Under the pieces are notes generated by a model. The model ran no database searches, was not told where the DNA came from, and was given only the letters and a program-made list of their open reading frames with translations. From Epiperipatus broadwayi (Eukaryota; Animalia; Onychophora), in the NCBI GenBank assembly GCA_028023455.1, contig JAQFVV010000004.1, forward strand, positions 20,088,001 through 20,152,000: 64,000 nucleotides of DNA, read 5' to 3'. How positions within the stretch are numbered: the first letter of the stretch is position 1; every line of letters begins with the position of its first letter. Position numbers and translations under genes: made by a program. Positions 26,875 through 38,270 of this stretch are shown piece by piece.

Positions 26875-27521
26875 CAGCAGTGTACAACTTTTGGGTTGTG
26901 ATCCCTGAAGAGGTTACAGGAAAAATTGTTGGAGGTCATGAAAATTTTGAGAAGTTCTCATGGTAGATAATAAATTTTTAATTGAAAAAAAAAAAAAAAA
27001 AGCCTAAACCCTATTAAAAAACACATGAAAACTGCTCAACTCATTATTGTGGATTTGACCACTTTTGTATTTAAACACTTCCTTCTTTGTATACCAATCC
27101 ACTTTATATAAACAGCACATCATAATGGCATTTTGCTTATATTGCATTCATCTCTCTTATTCACTCTCAAGAATTTTGTTTTTCATGATAGTATTCTACT
27201 AACATTGATACATGTTACTATGTTCTTGAATGTACACCTTTTCTATAACAAGCTAAAAAAATTGTAATTGCTACAAATCATTAGATCTACTAAAAACCAA
27301 GTATTATTATACATTTTTTTGTTAATATGCAGTTTTTCAAAGATCTTAAATGCCCTGAATTATAATATAAAAACATATATTTGTATGTGGTAAACAACTT
27401 TTATTATTACTATCCTTATATGCTTATAATAGGATGCTATCAACATATAAAGGGTCACTAATCAAGTAAAATTTCAGTCTAAGTATGGGGGTAGCAAGTG
27501 TAAAAATGTTATGCACCACTG
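26875..27521. mobile_element. hAT (Charlie-like) non-autonomous element, old
   Basis: Imperfect TIRs cagcagtgtacaac / gttatgcaccactg. Right flank atctagac fits the NTCTAGAN target; left flank ctttaaac matches 5/8. Confidence 0.55.
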
Positions 27522-27940
27522 ATCTAGACAAATAAATAGTTATTATTTATATAACATTAATATATTTATCCAAAAGAGAGTAAATCATTAATTATTAAGA
27601 TTGTATAAGAATTGAACATTTGTAAATTAATTGGTAATGAACTAATAATATTGTAAGTAAATTATTATTAAAGAATTTTTAAATAACATTCAAGATTAAG
27701 ATTTTATAACACCATACAATAAATATTTTTAAATACTCTATAATCTAATAAAAATCAATATTTAACAAAAATAAAGCAAAGTGTTTTAGTCAGGTCTCTA
27801 TGTTAGTAAATGAGGCATGAGAATAAACAGCTGCTTTATTCTTGTTAAATATTGATTTATGCTAAATTAGAGAGCATTTTAAAATATTTATTGTATAGTG
27901 TTACGAGTCTAATCTCAAATTGGAGATATATATAATATAA

Positions 27941-30900
27941 TTAACCAGATTTAAAATACCTTATAAAATAACTTTTATATCTCTTGACTTGAATAAGTTT
28001 TAATATCTTGTTTTTAATTAAGTTTAATATCTAATTTTTAATAAGCTTAAGCTCAATACATATACTTCTTTAATACTATGGGGACAGACCATCCCTTCAA
28101 ACAGAGTGGAGAATACCATTGATAGTATGACCACCAATGATACTCATGGTCAGACACAAAGCATAACATGACCACATTTCCTGATCATGACCCACCTCGA
28201 CTGCTGGAACAAAAATCCTGTCATCCAAAGCATTTTATTTGTTTTGAGGATCAAACTCAGGTGCCAGATGACCATATGTTATATAGCTAGCATGCTTCCA
28301 ATGACAGGCACACAATCCAGCACTTGAAATATCCCAACTAGATCTTACTCTTAATCAGGGCATCCAGCACATTTAACTTCACATATATAATTAGACCAAA
28401 TAATACTTAAACAAACTTAATATTTATTCAAGCACACATATATAATATAATAATCTAATATATTGCATAAAATATAAATAATTAATCAGGCTAATTTTTA
28501 TAATAGTCCTTCATTAAAGTTCATTTAATTTTAAAATTATAAAGGGTATATAGACAATTATATTATGGAAAAATATATATTTACCTAGGCTTTCCTGATA
28601 TTAAATGACACAATTCACTTTGTTTGGTTTCATTAGTGTTACTTTCCAACCGATTGGCTTTTTGGTCTCCATCGATGTTTTCAAGACTTGTTTTCGATTC
28701 TGTCTTGATAATGGGAGAGAGTAGTGAAATTGCCTATTTTATGACTTAAGCATTGTTTTCAGGCATTGGTTCCAGGCATGAACAGTTGATTTTTGGTGGA
28801 GAACTAGGGGCACAAAGCCCAGTTAAATATCCTATGGCTGAATAGTAATGCATTTCGCTAACTCTGCAGCTTCTGCATTTTTTAGAAAGAATCCAAATGG
28901 ATCCAAATTGTATCTGAATTGACCTTGAACTAAATAATAGACAGCTGCAACTTTTTATATCCCTCCTCTCTCATTGTTTTAATTCCTTATCATAGTTTTT
29001 TAATTTTGATCATAACTTAAATCGTTTTTTAATTTGTTTTTATATTGCACATTATCTAATCTTTTTCTAGATTAATCTACTATTGCTTTTATAAGATAGT
29101 TTACATGTTTTTTTAATTAATTCATTTATGAGTTAATTTACCTTTTTTTTTACTGTCAACCAGTAATCTTTTAAACTAATTAAATTTTTAAAAGTTTTAT
29201 TTTAACAAACTAATTTTCATTCTGATTTTTTATATTTACTTATTTTTATACATTTATTTTTTTTTAATTTCTTTTTAATTTATAAAAAGGAAAGGAAAGG
29301 ATGAATTTTAAATCCTTTTTAGATTCCCCCCTACCTGCTCTCAGTACTAAAATTTTATTGTTTTAAAAAAAAAAAGATACAATCTTTTGTTTTTGCAAAA
29401 TTACATTTCTTAAAACAAAAAAAAGCTACTCTAAAACAAATTACTTTTTTTTTCTATTTTTGTTTCTATTAATAATTTAATCATTTATTTTTAAACTATA
29501 AATATGTGATGTTAGTATATATGTTTGTTTCATAACATATACTTCGCTAGAATTACATCACATCTCCCCCAGTTTGAGAAGTAAAATGAATCAATTTGAT
29601 CCATTTTAGCTCTGACATTTTATTTTAGTTTTACCCATTTGATTTTTCATTTTTTAAATTTATTTATTCAATATTTTTCTATCAAATAAGTTGTGAATTG
29701 TTATAGATTGACAAACTACAAGGGTAGTCTTTCCTATGCTGCTCTACCCTCCAGGCCATAATCTACATTGATTAGCATATGTGATGACCACCAGGGACAA
29801 CATGCATCTTTCCAATGTGTATGAAGAGGGTGAATGTTGTGAGTGGCAGAACACATCTGTGAATACCCAACTTACACAATAAACATATATTATAACATTG
29901 CTTTTATTAAAATGATGGGAATTTCTTTACCAGTGGATTGAATGAGCCCATGACTTTCTTCAATGGGTCTGCATCCTGGAAGATATGGGGTCTCTGCAAA
30001 TGGAAGTATTCATCCTTTGATCAGTCGGCTTATGGTAAAACAAGGTTTCATTTATCATATGATGACTGGAATTTTCCTTCCAAAGAAACTGACTTGTGGC
30101 TTACTCTGGAATTCTCTTTCCAGTGCACACATTTTTTTAAGGAACTGGGACATCTCCCAATATGTCAGATGAGCCCAGGTCCTTTCTAAAAGATCCTCAT
30201 TCTATTAGATGATTCTTTCATGCCTACTATGGATCTTAAGTTCACACAGCAACAGTCTACACTTAACACACCTTCTTCAACCTTATCTGCATCTTCGCCC
30301 TACCTCCATACTCTATTATCCAAAACACAATCTACACTTACATTATTTTATTTTATTTATTTTTATTTTACTCTATTTCATCTATCTTTTATTTCATATT
30401 GGTAACTCTTGAAAAAAACATTTTATTTTATTTAATTTTATCTCTATTATTCATATAATCCATGTATTAATTATTATTATTATTGATACCTCAAAAAATC
30501 CCCCAGTCCTCTCTAATTCCCACCTGACTATAAACAACCCCAAAAAAACAAATTTATTTACTATCTGGCTGTTTTTTTCTCTATCCTTTTTATTTACCAT
30601 TCATACTCTTTTTTATTCTTTTATTTTATATTTTTAACTATTATTAATTATATATATATATAATATTATAATTTGCTTGCCTTGGTCCATTTCTCTTTTC
30701 ACACTGCTCATCAATTTTAACTTTTATTATCACACAATTTGGAGTTTATTTTGAATTTTAGTTTCAAACTTTTTAAAAAAAAATTAATTATGATTTTACT
30801 TTTTTAACTTTGATTATGCTGGGTCAATTTATGTCACTTTGATCCCATGTTAGGTGCCATTTGAACTGGGTCTGTCAAAGTTACCCCATTTACCAGGTTT

Positions 30901-32510
30901 AAAATACCTTGTAAAAATAATTTTTATATATTTTGACTTTAATAAGTTCCAATATCTTGCTTTTAACTAAGTTTAATATCTAAACTTTAATAAGCTTATT
31001 ATTAAACTCAATATATATACTTCTTGGTAATTATTATTTTATATCTTTAATGCTATGGGGATGAACTGGTCCTTCAAGCAGAGAGGAGAATACCATTGAT
31101 ACCATAACCCATCAATGAAATCCACAGCCAGATTGGGCTATACAAAGCATAACATGACCACATTTCCTGACCCTGGCCTACCTAGACTGCTGGAACAAAA
31201 ACCTTGCCATCAAAAGCATTTTATTTGTTTTAAAGATCAAACTCATGTGCCTGCTGATCATATATTATATAGCCAGCATATTTCAGACATCTGGCACACA
31301 ATCCAGCACTTGGAATATCCCAATTAGCTCTTATTCTTAATCAGGGGATCCAGCACATTTAACTTGAAATATATAATTAATTATACTTAAGCAAGCATTA
31401 GTATTTATCCAAGCACACATATATAATATAATATAATAATCTAATATTTTGCATAAAGAAAAATAAATAATTTTTATAGTAGTCTTTCCTTAAAGTTCAT
31501 TTAATGTTAAAATTATAAAGGGTCTATATACAATTATATTATGGAAAAATATATATTTACCTAGGTTTTTATGATATTAAATGACAATTCACTTGGTTTT
31601 AGTTTCATTAGTGTTACTTTCTAACCAGTTGACTTTTTGGTCTCCATTGATGTTTTCAGGGCTTGTTTTCCGTTCTTTGTTTTAACAATGGGAGAGAGAG
31701 GGGGTAGAGGCAGTGTCTATTTCATGACTTAAGCATTGGTTCCAGGCATGGGTAGTTGATTTTTGGTGGAAGACTAGGGGCATGGAGTCTAGTTGAACAT
31801 CCTATGGCTGTCTAGCAACACATGTTACTAACTGCAGCTTTTGCAGTTTTTAGAAAGAATTCAAATGGATCCAAACTGAATCTGAACTGAATCTGAACTT
31901 GAACTGAATAATAATGGACAGATGCAACTTTTTATATCCCTCCTCTCTCATTGTTTTAATCCCTTATCATAATTTTTTAATTTTGATTGTAACAAATCTA
32001 TTTTTAATTTATTTTTACATTGCACTTATCTAATCTTTTTCTTACATTAATCTACTATTACTTTTACGAGACAGTTTACATGTTTTTTTAAATTAATTCA
32101 TTTATCAGTTTTCCTTGTTTTAAATTATCAACCAGTAATATTTTAAACTAATTACATTTTCGAAAGTTTTCTTTTACAAACTAATTTTTATTCTGATTTT
32201 TCATATTTTCTTATTTTTATACATTTTATTCTTTTAATGTCTTTTTAATTTCTAAAAAGGAGAGGATGAGTTTTAAATATTTTATTTTAGATTTTTGCTC
32301 CACCCACTCCCAATACTAAAACTTTCCTATTTTAAAAGAAAAAATATTATGTAATCTTTTGCTTTTTGCAAAATTACATTTCTTAAATCAAAATAAAACT
32401 ATTCTATTTCTATTTTTGTTTCTATTAATAATTTAATCATTTTTTTAATTATAAATATGTAATTCTAGTATATATGTGTATTTCGTAACATATACCTTGC
32501 TAGTGTTACA
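27941..32510 (-). mobile_element. Non-autonomous LTR retrotransposon with about 1.6-kb LTRs and about 1.3-kb internal region
   Basis: Direct repeats at 27941-29562 and 30862-32510 (roughly 80% identical by eye). On the minus strand the 5' LTR runs TGTAA...TTCA, followed after 2 nt by PBS-like TGGCACCTAACATGGGAT. Purine tract GGGGGAGA abuts the 3' LTR start. Both outer flanks are (AT)n-like. Confidence 0.72.
30842..30859 (-). other. Primer-binding site, decayed tRNA-Lys type
   Basis: TGGCACCTAACATGGGAT versus the canonical tRNA-Lys PBS TGGCGCCCAACGTGGGGC: 13/18 match, and two of the differences are CpG to CpA. Located 2 nt after the LTR end. Confidence 0.6.
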
Positions 32511-32522
32511 ATATATATATAT

Positions 32523-34214
32523 TGTAATGGAAACCCAGCGATCGAAAGCTTAACTTCCCTTTTATTTACATATAATGGGGAATACTTAAAATTCAAGATC
32601 GTCCACTTTCAACTACCACAAGCAGAGAGACCATACGGACATAAACGAGTCTATATTCATACTTGACCTACTGCTGTAAGATTTTACAGAGTTACAGCGC
32701 TTGGATATTTATAAATTTTAATGGGATCAAAATACTGCACCACCAGCTTCATGTGTTAATTCAGTACTCAAAATGAATAATAATTATTTCCCAACCCCTA
32801 TGAATATATTACTTTTTGGAATGGCGAAGAAAGAGATGAAACAGATTTAAAATCAATAAAAGATATTTAATACAATAAATTATAATAAAAAGAAACACTC
32901 TAAATCATTTACAAACAGTAAAAACAGATTATTTGCTATAATGCTACAAATAAAATAAAATAGAAGATCCTATAAATGATTGTAATCTGTGAAAATAAAT
33001 TATCCCTTTATAGTCATTCCAAATATTAGAAAGAGTCTAATTAATGTCTATCTCATTAATATCTGGGATTGGCAATTGCATTAAATTAAAGGTATGGGCA
33101 CATAAGTTATACATAATTACTTAGGTTATTAAGTCTTTGACTTAACTTGGAGTCTTGCTGACCGCCCCGTGGAATTTTTCCACTTCTTTAGCAGGGAACG
33201 GTCGTTCTTTGGTTAGATTTGATTGTGGGAACTTCTCTATATTTTGGACATCAAGGACAAGGCAAAAATGAACCCTCTGGCTGGCGCTACATTGGCAGTT
33301 GTTACATCGAGACGCGAACCATTAAAGCACGAGAGTCTGAATCGACCGGCGATCGCGACTGTCCCTTAGCCATACATCCTTGAAGCTTCCCTTATGTTGT
33401 AGTTTGTTTTCATGTTCATACAGTTTCAGTCTGCTATGTCAAGGTTCTTTGACTCAGCTTTCTCTTCTTTTTTTCCAAATTTAACTTTTCATGTCTGCTT
33501 TCTATTATACTTTTTCCTGCTTCTTATCAGAGCAGTGTCCTCACTGAAGTCTCGCCCAATACTGTTTTTCAATTAATTAATTTATGTCCTTTATTTTTCA
33601 AATTCTTTCCTTATCTTGATCTCCTGCTTGGTTTTTCTTTCACACCTTTTTACTTTAAAATGCTTTCAACAACTTATACAAAATTACTTTTAATTTGGTA
33701 TAATTTTATAATATAATATTTTACATTTATTTATCAATCACTTTCTTTAATAAAATTATTTCATTTTGCCATGCAATAAACTTTGCTCTCTTTATTCATA
33801 CATTCACATATGCATTTCATTTTCGTCAAAATGTGTAATTTTAAGAACAGATCTTTATCTTCCGTTGTATTCTAAATTTTACTTATATTTTATTAAACTC
33901 CCCAACTACTGCCTTTTTTTTTTACATTATTAAGTTTCTATTTTATTTATATTTCCTTTCTCATTTTTTAATCTTACACTAAACACATGATATCAATATT
34001 TCTAACCTTAATATTTCTATTCTTTTTAAAATCTGAACTTTGGAGGGTAAAAGATAAGAATCTTTTCGATTCTAATTCCCTCTCTTTTCTTAATGAAAAC
34101 ATTTCTTTGTTTATAATTTTTTAACCTCACTTTTTAATATTCCAAACACAATATTTAATATTCTTTAAATGTTAAATATCTATATGTGTGACCGCAGTAT
34201 GTGCGATCATCACA
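32523..34214. mobile_element. Probable solo LTR (about 1.7 kb)
   Basis: Termini TGTAATG...CATCACA, flanked by atat on both sides inside an (AT)n tract. CpG-retaining core at 33150-33370, aataaa motifs, no ORF. Confidence 0.45.
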
Positions 34215-34227
34215 ATATATATATATT

Positions 34228-34476
34228 ATGAGTATGCTAATAGCTCTAAACAACCCTTTCTGATAAATGCCAAAAGAGAAAGCATTTAAAATCTCTATCT
34301 AGAATTATCCCTATCCCCAAAGTGTTTTTGAGTTGATGGCTCTTCTCAGGAGGTACTAGAATATTCAGACACTAGCAACCAGTTTGGGGATAGGGTTAAT
34401 TCTAGATAGAAATTTTAAATGCTTTCTCATCTGGCATTTATTGGAAAAGCTTGTTTAGAGCTATTAATATGCTCAT
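34228..34476. mobile_element. Palindromic MITE-like element, second copy
   Basis: About 90-bp inverted ends atgagtatgctaatagctct.../...agagctattaatatgctcat; homologous to 37711-37995. Confidence 0.8.
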
Positions 34477-36110
34477 TATATTTCATTTGTAGTACAAACT
34501 TATCAAATTAAGTCATGTGATTTATGACTTGATTTTCTTACTATATATTGTACCCTTCCAGTAGGAGAATGACCCTAAGAAGATATGCCAAGGTCCTACA
34601 CTACGATATACTATGACTTTATCCAGGTACCATTTAATACTCTTACCATTTTTTCAACTATATTTAGTCAATATTAACAATTGTGAGACTCATCTATTCT
34701 ATTAACAAGTTTACATACCGTTTAACATTAAATAATCACTAGAGTATTTATCCAATGGCATAAGAATATCTAGACACTCCTTTTATTCAGTATCCAAATA
34801 CTCTCATGACTAACTATAACCTATTCAATTATTGTATGGCAATCTTTTATTATTATTACTTTGATAACACTATCATTAAGAATAACCATAATAACAATAT
34901 TATTCTAAGGAGATCTCAGGATTATCATTGATTTTAATTAACTATTTATACCATCTTTAAAATATCAAAAGGAATTTTACTTAACTCTATAAGTAGTGTG
35001 ACATTTTAAAGATGACTCATAACATTTTTCTATAATTACAACTATATTACTATGTTATGGTCTCTATTATTGAATAACAAATCACTATTTTTTATTTAAA
35101 CTGTAATCATCATGTCAAACTTTAAATAAAAACTAATTCCTAATATGATTTCTTAACAATAAATATACTTTACTATATTTACAATGTATTTGAACTATAA
35201 CTGATGGGATCAAGACAGTTTACGAGAATTTAATAAATATTTATCTAGATAACTGTGATACAATATTTTATGCTGGATCAAATTTTCTTCCAAATTTCAA
35301 ATCATATTTGTAGTTAATATACATACTTTCTGATGATGGTGTAGTGATGATGATTCCCCACAAAAGAAATGCAATTTTAAACACTTAGTGTAACTTTAAA
35401 ACATTAATTTTAATAACACCTTATGTACAATGTTTAATAATGCAATAGAATTAAAGAATAAAACCTTTATACAATAATATAATATAATAAGATGCTTAAA
35501 AGAATTCAACATTTATATTCACCTTACTTGCAATGAGCTATTCAAAATAAAATCTCTTGATAATACAATCAAATATTACACAGGCAGTTGAGGCAGGTTT
35601 AAAAAATTAACCAAAGTACTTCTGCAGATTTAAGGATTATTTATAACAATTTATTACCGTTTTATACTCAATATTATAAAATAAAACATTGTTATTTTTA
35701 TTCATTTTACAAATGCACAGATTATTTTTTACTTTATATATAAAGTGTTATAAAAATGGATTATATTACAAAAAAAGTTAAATATTAAAAAACTTTTTTT
35801 TATCCTATAATGGAGGAAAAACCATAAAACTATTGGATTCTTAAATTATTTGAATTCTACCATTAAGAATAACATCATTTCAATAAATATGATTGTATTA
35901 GTAAATGATTTCTCTAGTTAATAAAATATTTAAAATTGATTCCACAATAAACTTATTTTAAAGGCAAATGCAATATAATGCATTTATTGTAAACTTCATT
36001 TTATTATAATAATACTTTAAATTGGTAATATAAAGCAGCAAATAAATAAATTTTAAAAATAATTAGTTAAAAAAAAGTTTCCAAAATGTACAAATATTTT
36101 TAGGTGATAC

Positions 36111-36348
36111 CTTTTCTTCAATAGTAGATCCAATCTTTAAAGTTTTCACTGCAACAGCTACCCAGCCTTTGTCTTCAAAAAATGCTTCCCCTCCAAAAAC
36201 TGTTCCAAAAGCTCCTTCTCCCAATTTTCTATTTATAACAACTTGATTGCGAGGCATTTCCCATTCATCTAAGGATAAGAGATCACATGCTGTCATTAGA
36301 CCCAATTCTTCCATTCTTTTTTTAGTTGCCTGCACTTTTTTTTCATAT
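36111..36348 (-). CDS. VKR: Venus kinase receptor exon: juxtamembrane region and tyrosine kinase subdomains I-II
   Basis: Acceptor tgttag|ATATGAA, donor GAAAAG|gtatca. Translates YEKKVQATKKRMEELGLMTACDLLSLDEWEMPRNQVVINRKLGEGAFGTVFGGEAFFEDKGWVAVAVKTLKIGSTIEEK, with the Gly-rich loop LGEGAFGxV and the VAVK catalytic Lys of insulin-receptor-class RTKs. Confidence 0.93.
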
Positions 36349-36669
36349 CTAACAAAAAAAAGAAAGGATAATTTAAGAACATAAATGATTAATATAGCTA
36401 TAATTTTTCATAGAAAACGATATATTCCAAAGCAGAAAATAATTTTGAAACTCAGTAAGTCATTCATTGCTTTCACTCATCTAGATATGACCCTTATTTC
36501 TTTTGTATTATGCAAGCTCTAATAATCTAAGATTCAAAGACACATTAAATTTTAACCCAGCATTATAGCGCTATATGTCTGAAACTAGCCATGCAACTAT
36601 ATGTTTTAGTGATTTCAATTATAGGTTAACTGAAAATATATTTAACTTTCTGAAAAATATGGTATATAT

Positions 36670-37121
36670 CAGAGGTGGCCAATTTTTGTATTCATAAGAT
36701 CTACTTTTTATTTTAAAAATGTGTTGCAATTGACTTGTTGACATAGGCGTAGTCTGAGTGGAGGGAGGTGTGAAATACATACTATTTTTATATATCTACC
36801 TAGTAAAAAATAACAATTATTTAATGGGCCAAAAAACTCATATCTGGGGAAATTAAAGCAACAATATTTATTAATTCAAATTAGCTACATTAAATTAAGA
36901 TTAAAAATATTATTTTCAATAATGATATGACTTAATGGATTTCACCTATCTAGAATTGAAATTTTTTTTAGAACAAAACAAAAATAACAAAAAAACTTGA
37001 AAATCTTAGACTTCATTTGTTTAGCTCATTACCGACAGCTCATGCCAGATTGGCGTCTCAATCGACCAAAATTGGCTTTGCGATCGACCTGTGGATCACG
37101 AGGACTTGTTAGCCACCCCTG
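36670..37121. mobile_element. hAT-family MITE
   Basis: TIRs cagaggtggccaa / ttagccacccctg; perfect 8-bp TSD gtatatat on both sides; subterminal gcgatcgacc motif. Confidence 0.8.
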
Positions 37122-37496
37122 GTATATATCTAACAATGCATCACATGAATTTTTAAAATTATTTGTAATATCTGCATTAGCAGAAATAATTCACACTATT
37201 AACTCTATTTCCTAAGATATTTTTACCAAAAAAAACTTCTCTGAATGATGATTCTCAAAGGCAAGTATTATTGAAACATTTATTAATGAAAGAAAGATAT
37301 GATTTAAAAAAATAATAATATGCAGTTTATTTTGTAAATAAATTGGATATTAATTTTGATATATGACTGCAAGAATTATAAGAAACTATTTTTAAATAAT
37401 AAAAAAGAAACAGAGTAATACTGAGCATTTTACAAAAGTTTATCAAATAACTGAGATAAGTCTTGTTTTTGTAAAAAATAATTTAATAATACATAC

Positions 37497-37635
37497 CTTC
37501 TCTTAAATACAATGAAACATGATAACATAAGAAGACCAAATAATCCAACTCCAAGAACATTTGCAATAACGATAGCTATTTCACATTCAACTCCAAGAGT
37601 AGCTCGAAAACCCTCTATAGCACATGTATCTGGAT
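37497..37635 (-). CDS. VKR: Venus kinase receptor exon: juxtamembrane Cys pair plus single transmembrane helix
   Basis: Acceptor tatag|ATCCAG, donor AGAAG|gtatgt. G+AT completes Asp, giving DPDTCAIEGFRATLGVECEIAIVIANVLGVGLFGLLMLSCFIVFKRR (hydrophobic stretch followed by basic stop-transfer residues). Phases 1 to 2 fit both neighbours. Confidence 0.9.
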
Positions 37636-37710
37636 CTATAAATAGGAAATAAAATCAAGTCATATATCAGGTGACTTAACTTGATAAGCTTGTAATCATA
37701 AAATAAAATA

Positions 37711-37995
37711 ATGAGTGTGCTAATAGCTCTAACAAGCTTTATCTATAAATGCCACAAGAGAAAATATGTAAAATCTCTATCTAGAAATTATCCCCACCTC
37801 CAAACCTATTTTGAGCCATTGGCTCCTCTTAGTGAGGTGCTAGAATCTAGTGTCTGAAATATCCTAGCACCTCAATGAGGAGAGCCAATAGCTTGACACC
37901 AGTTTGGGATGGGGATAATTTCTAGATAGAGATTTTAAATGTTTTCTCTTGTAGCATTTATCAATGTGGCTTGTTAAAGCTATTAGCATGCTCAT
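37711..37995. mobile_element. Palindromic MITE-like element in the VKR intron
   Basis: Near end-to-end imperfect palindrome atgagtgtgctaatagct...agctattagcatgctcat with TA-rich flanks. Same family as 34228-34476. Confidence 0.8.
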
Positions 37996-38037
37996 ATATA
38001 TAAGCCTATATATGCAAAGTAAATTTATTCAAAATAC

Positions 38038-38270
38038 CTGGTCTGCCATCTGTAGGTCGTTTATGGTCAGGTGTAAGCCAGACAATGTTAGCTTCATTAA
38101 TGTCTAATGATCCTTCTTCATTGCTAACTGGCCTATAAGTCCCAACAAATCTTGTTTCATTGTCAATTTGTTGCATAATATTGATGAGACCTAATCGATT
38201 AGGGCCATCAAATTTTATGTGACCGGACACTCCCTGAAAATCTGTTAGAGTTAAATAATGCATGTACTTT
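38038..38270 (-). CDS. VKR: Venus kinase receptor exon: C-terminal part of the Venus flytrap (periplasmic-binding-protein type 1) ectodomain
   Basis: Acceptor ttgcag|AAAGTAC, donor CCAG|gtattt. Translates KYMHYLTLTDFQGVSGHIKFDGPNRLGLINIMQQIDNETRFVGTYRPVSNEEGSLDINEANIVWLTPDHKRPTDGRP. The TDFxGVSGxIKF...IxWL...PxDG pattern is typical of the VFT C-lobe of GABA-B-like receptors and VKRs. Ends in phase 1, matching the next exon. Confidence 0.9.

Noticed and set aside
29938-30189. Plus-strand ORFs with faint integrase zinc-finger resemblance (WDISQYVR)
   Set aside because: PBS and PPT place the element on the minus strand, and the key His/Cys residues are missing.
36063-36335. ORF-track 90-aa kinase ORF as a stand-alone gene
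   Set aside because: Begins at a non-ATG codon inside a spliced exon and runs into the intron; it is part of VKR.
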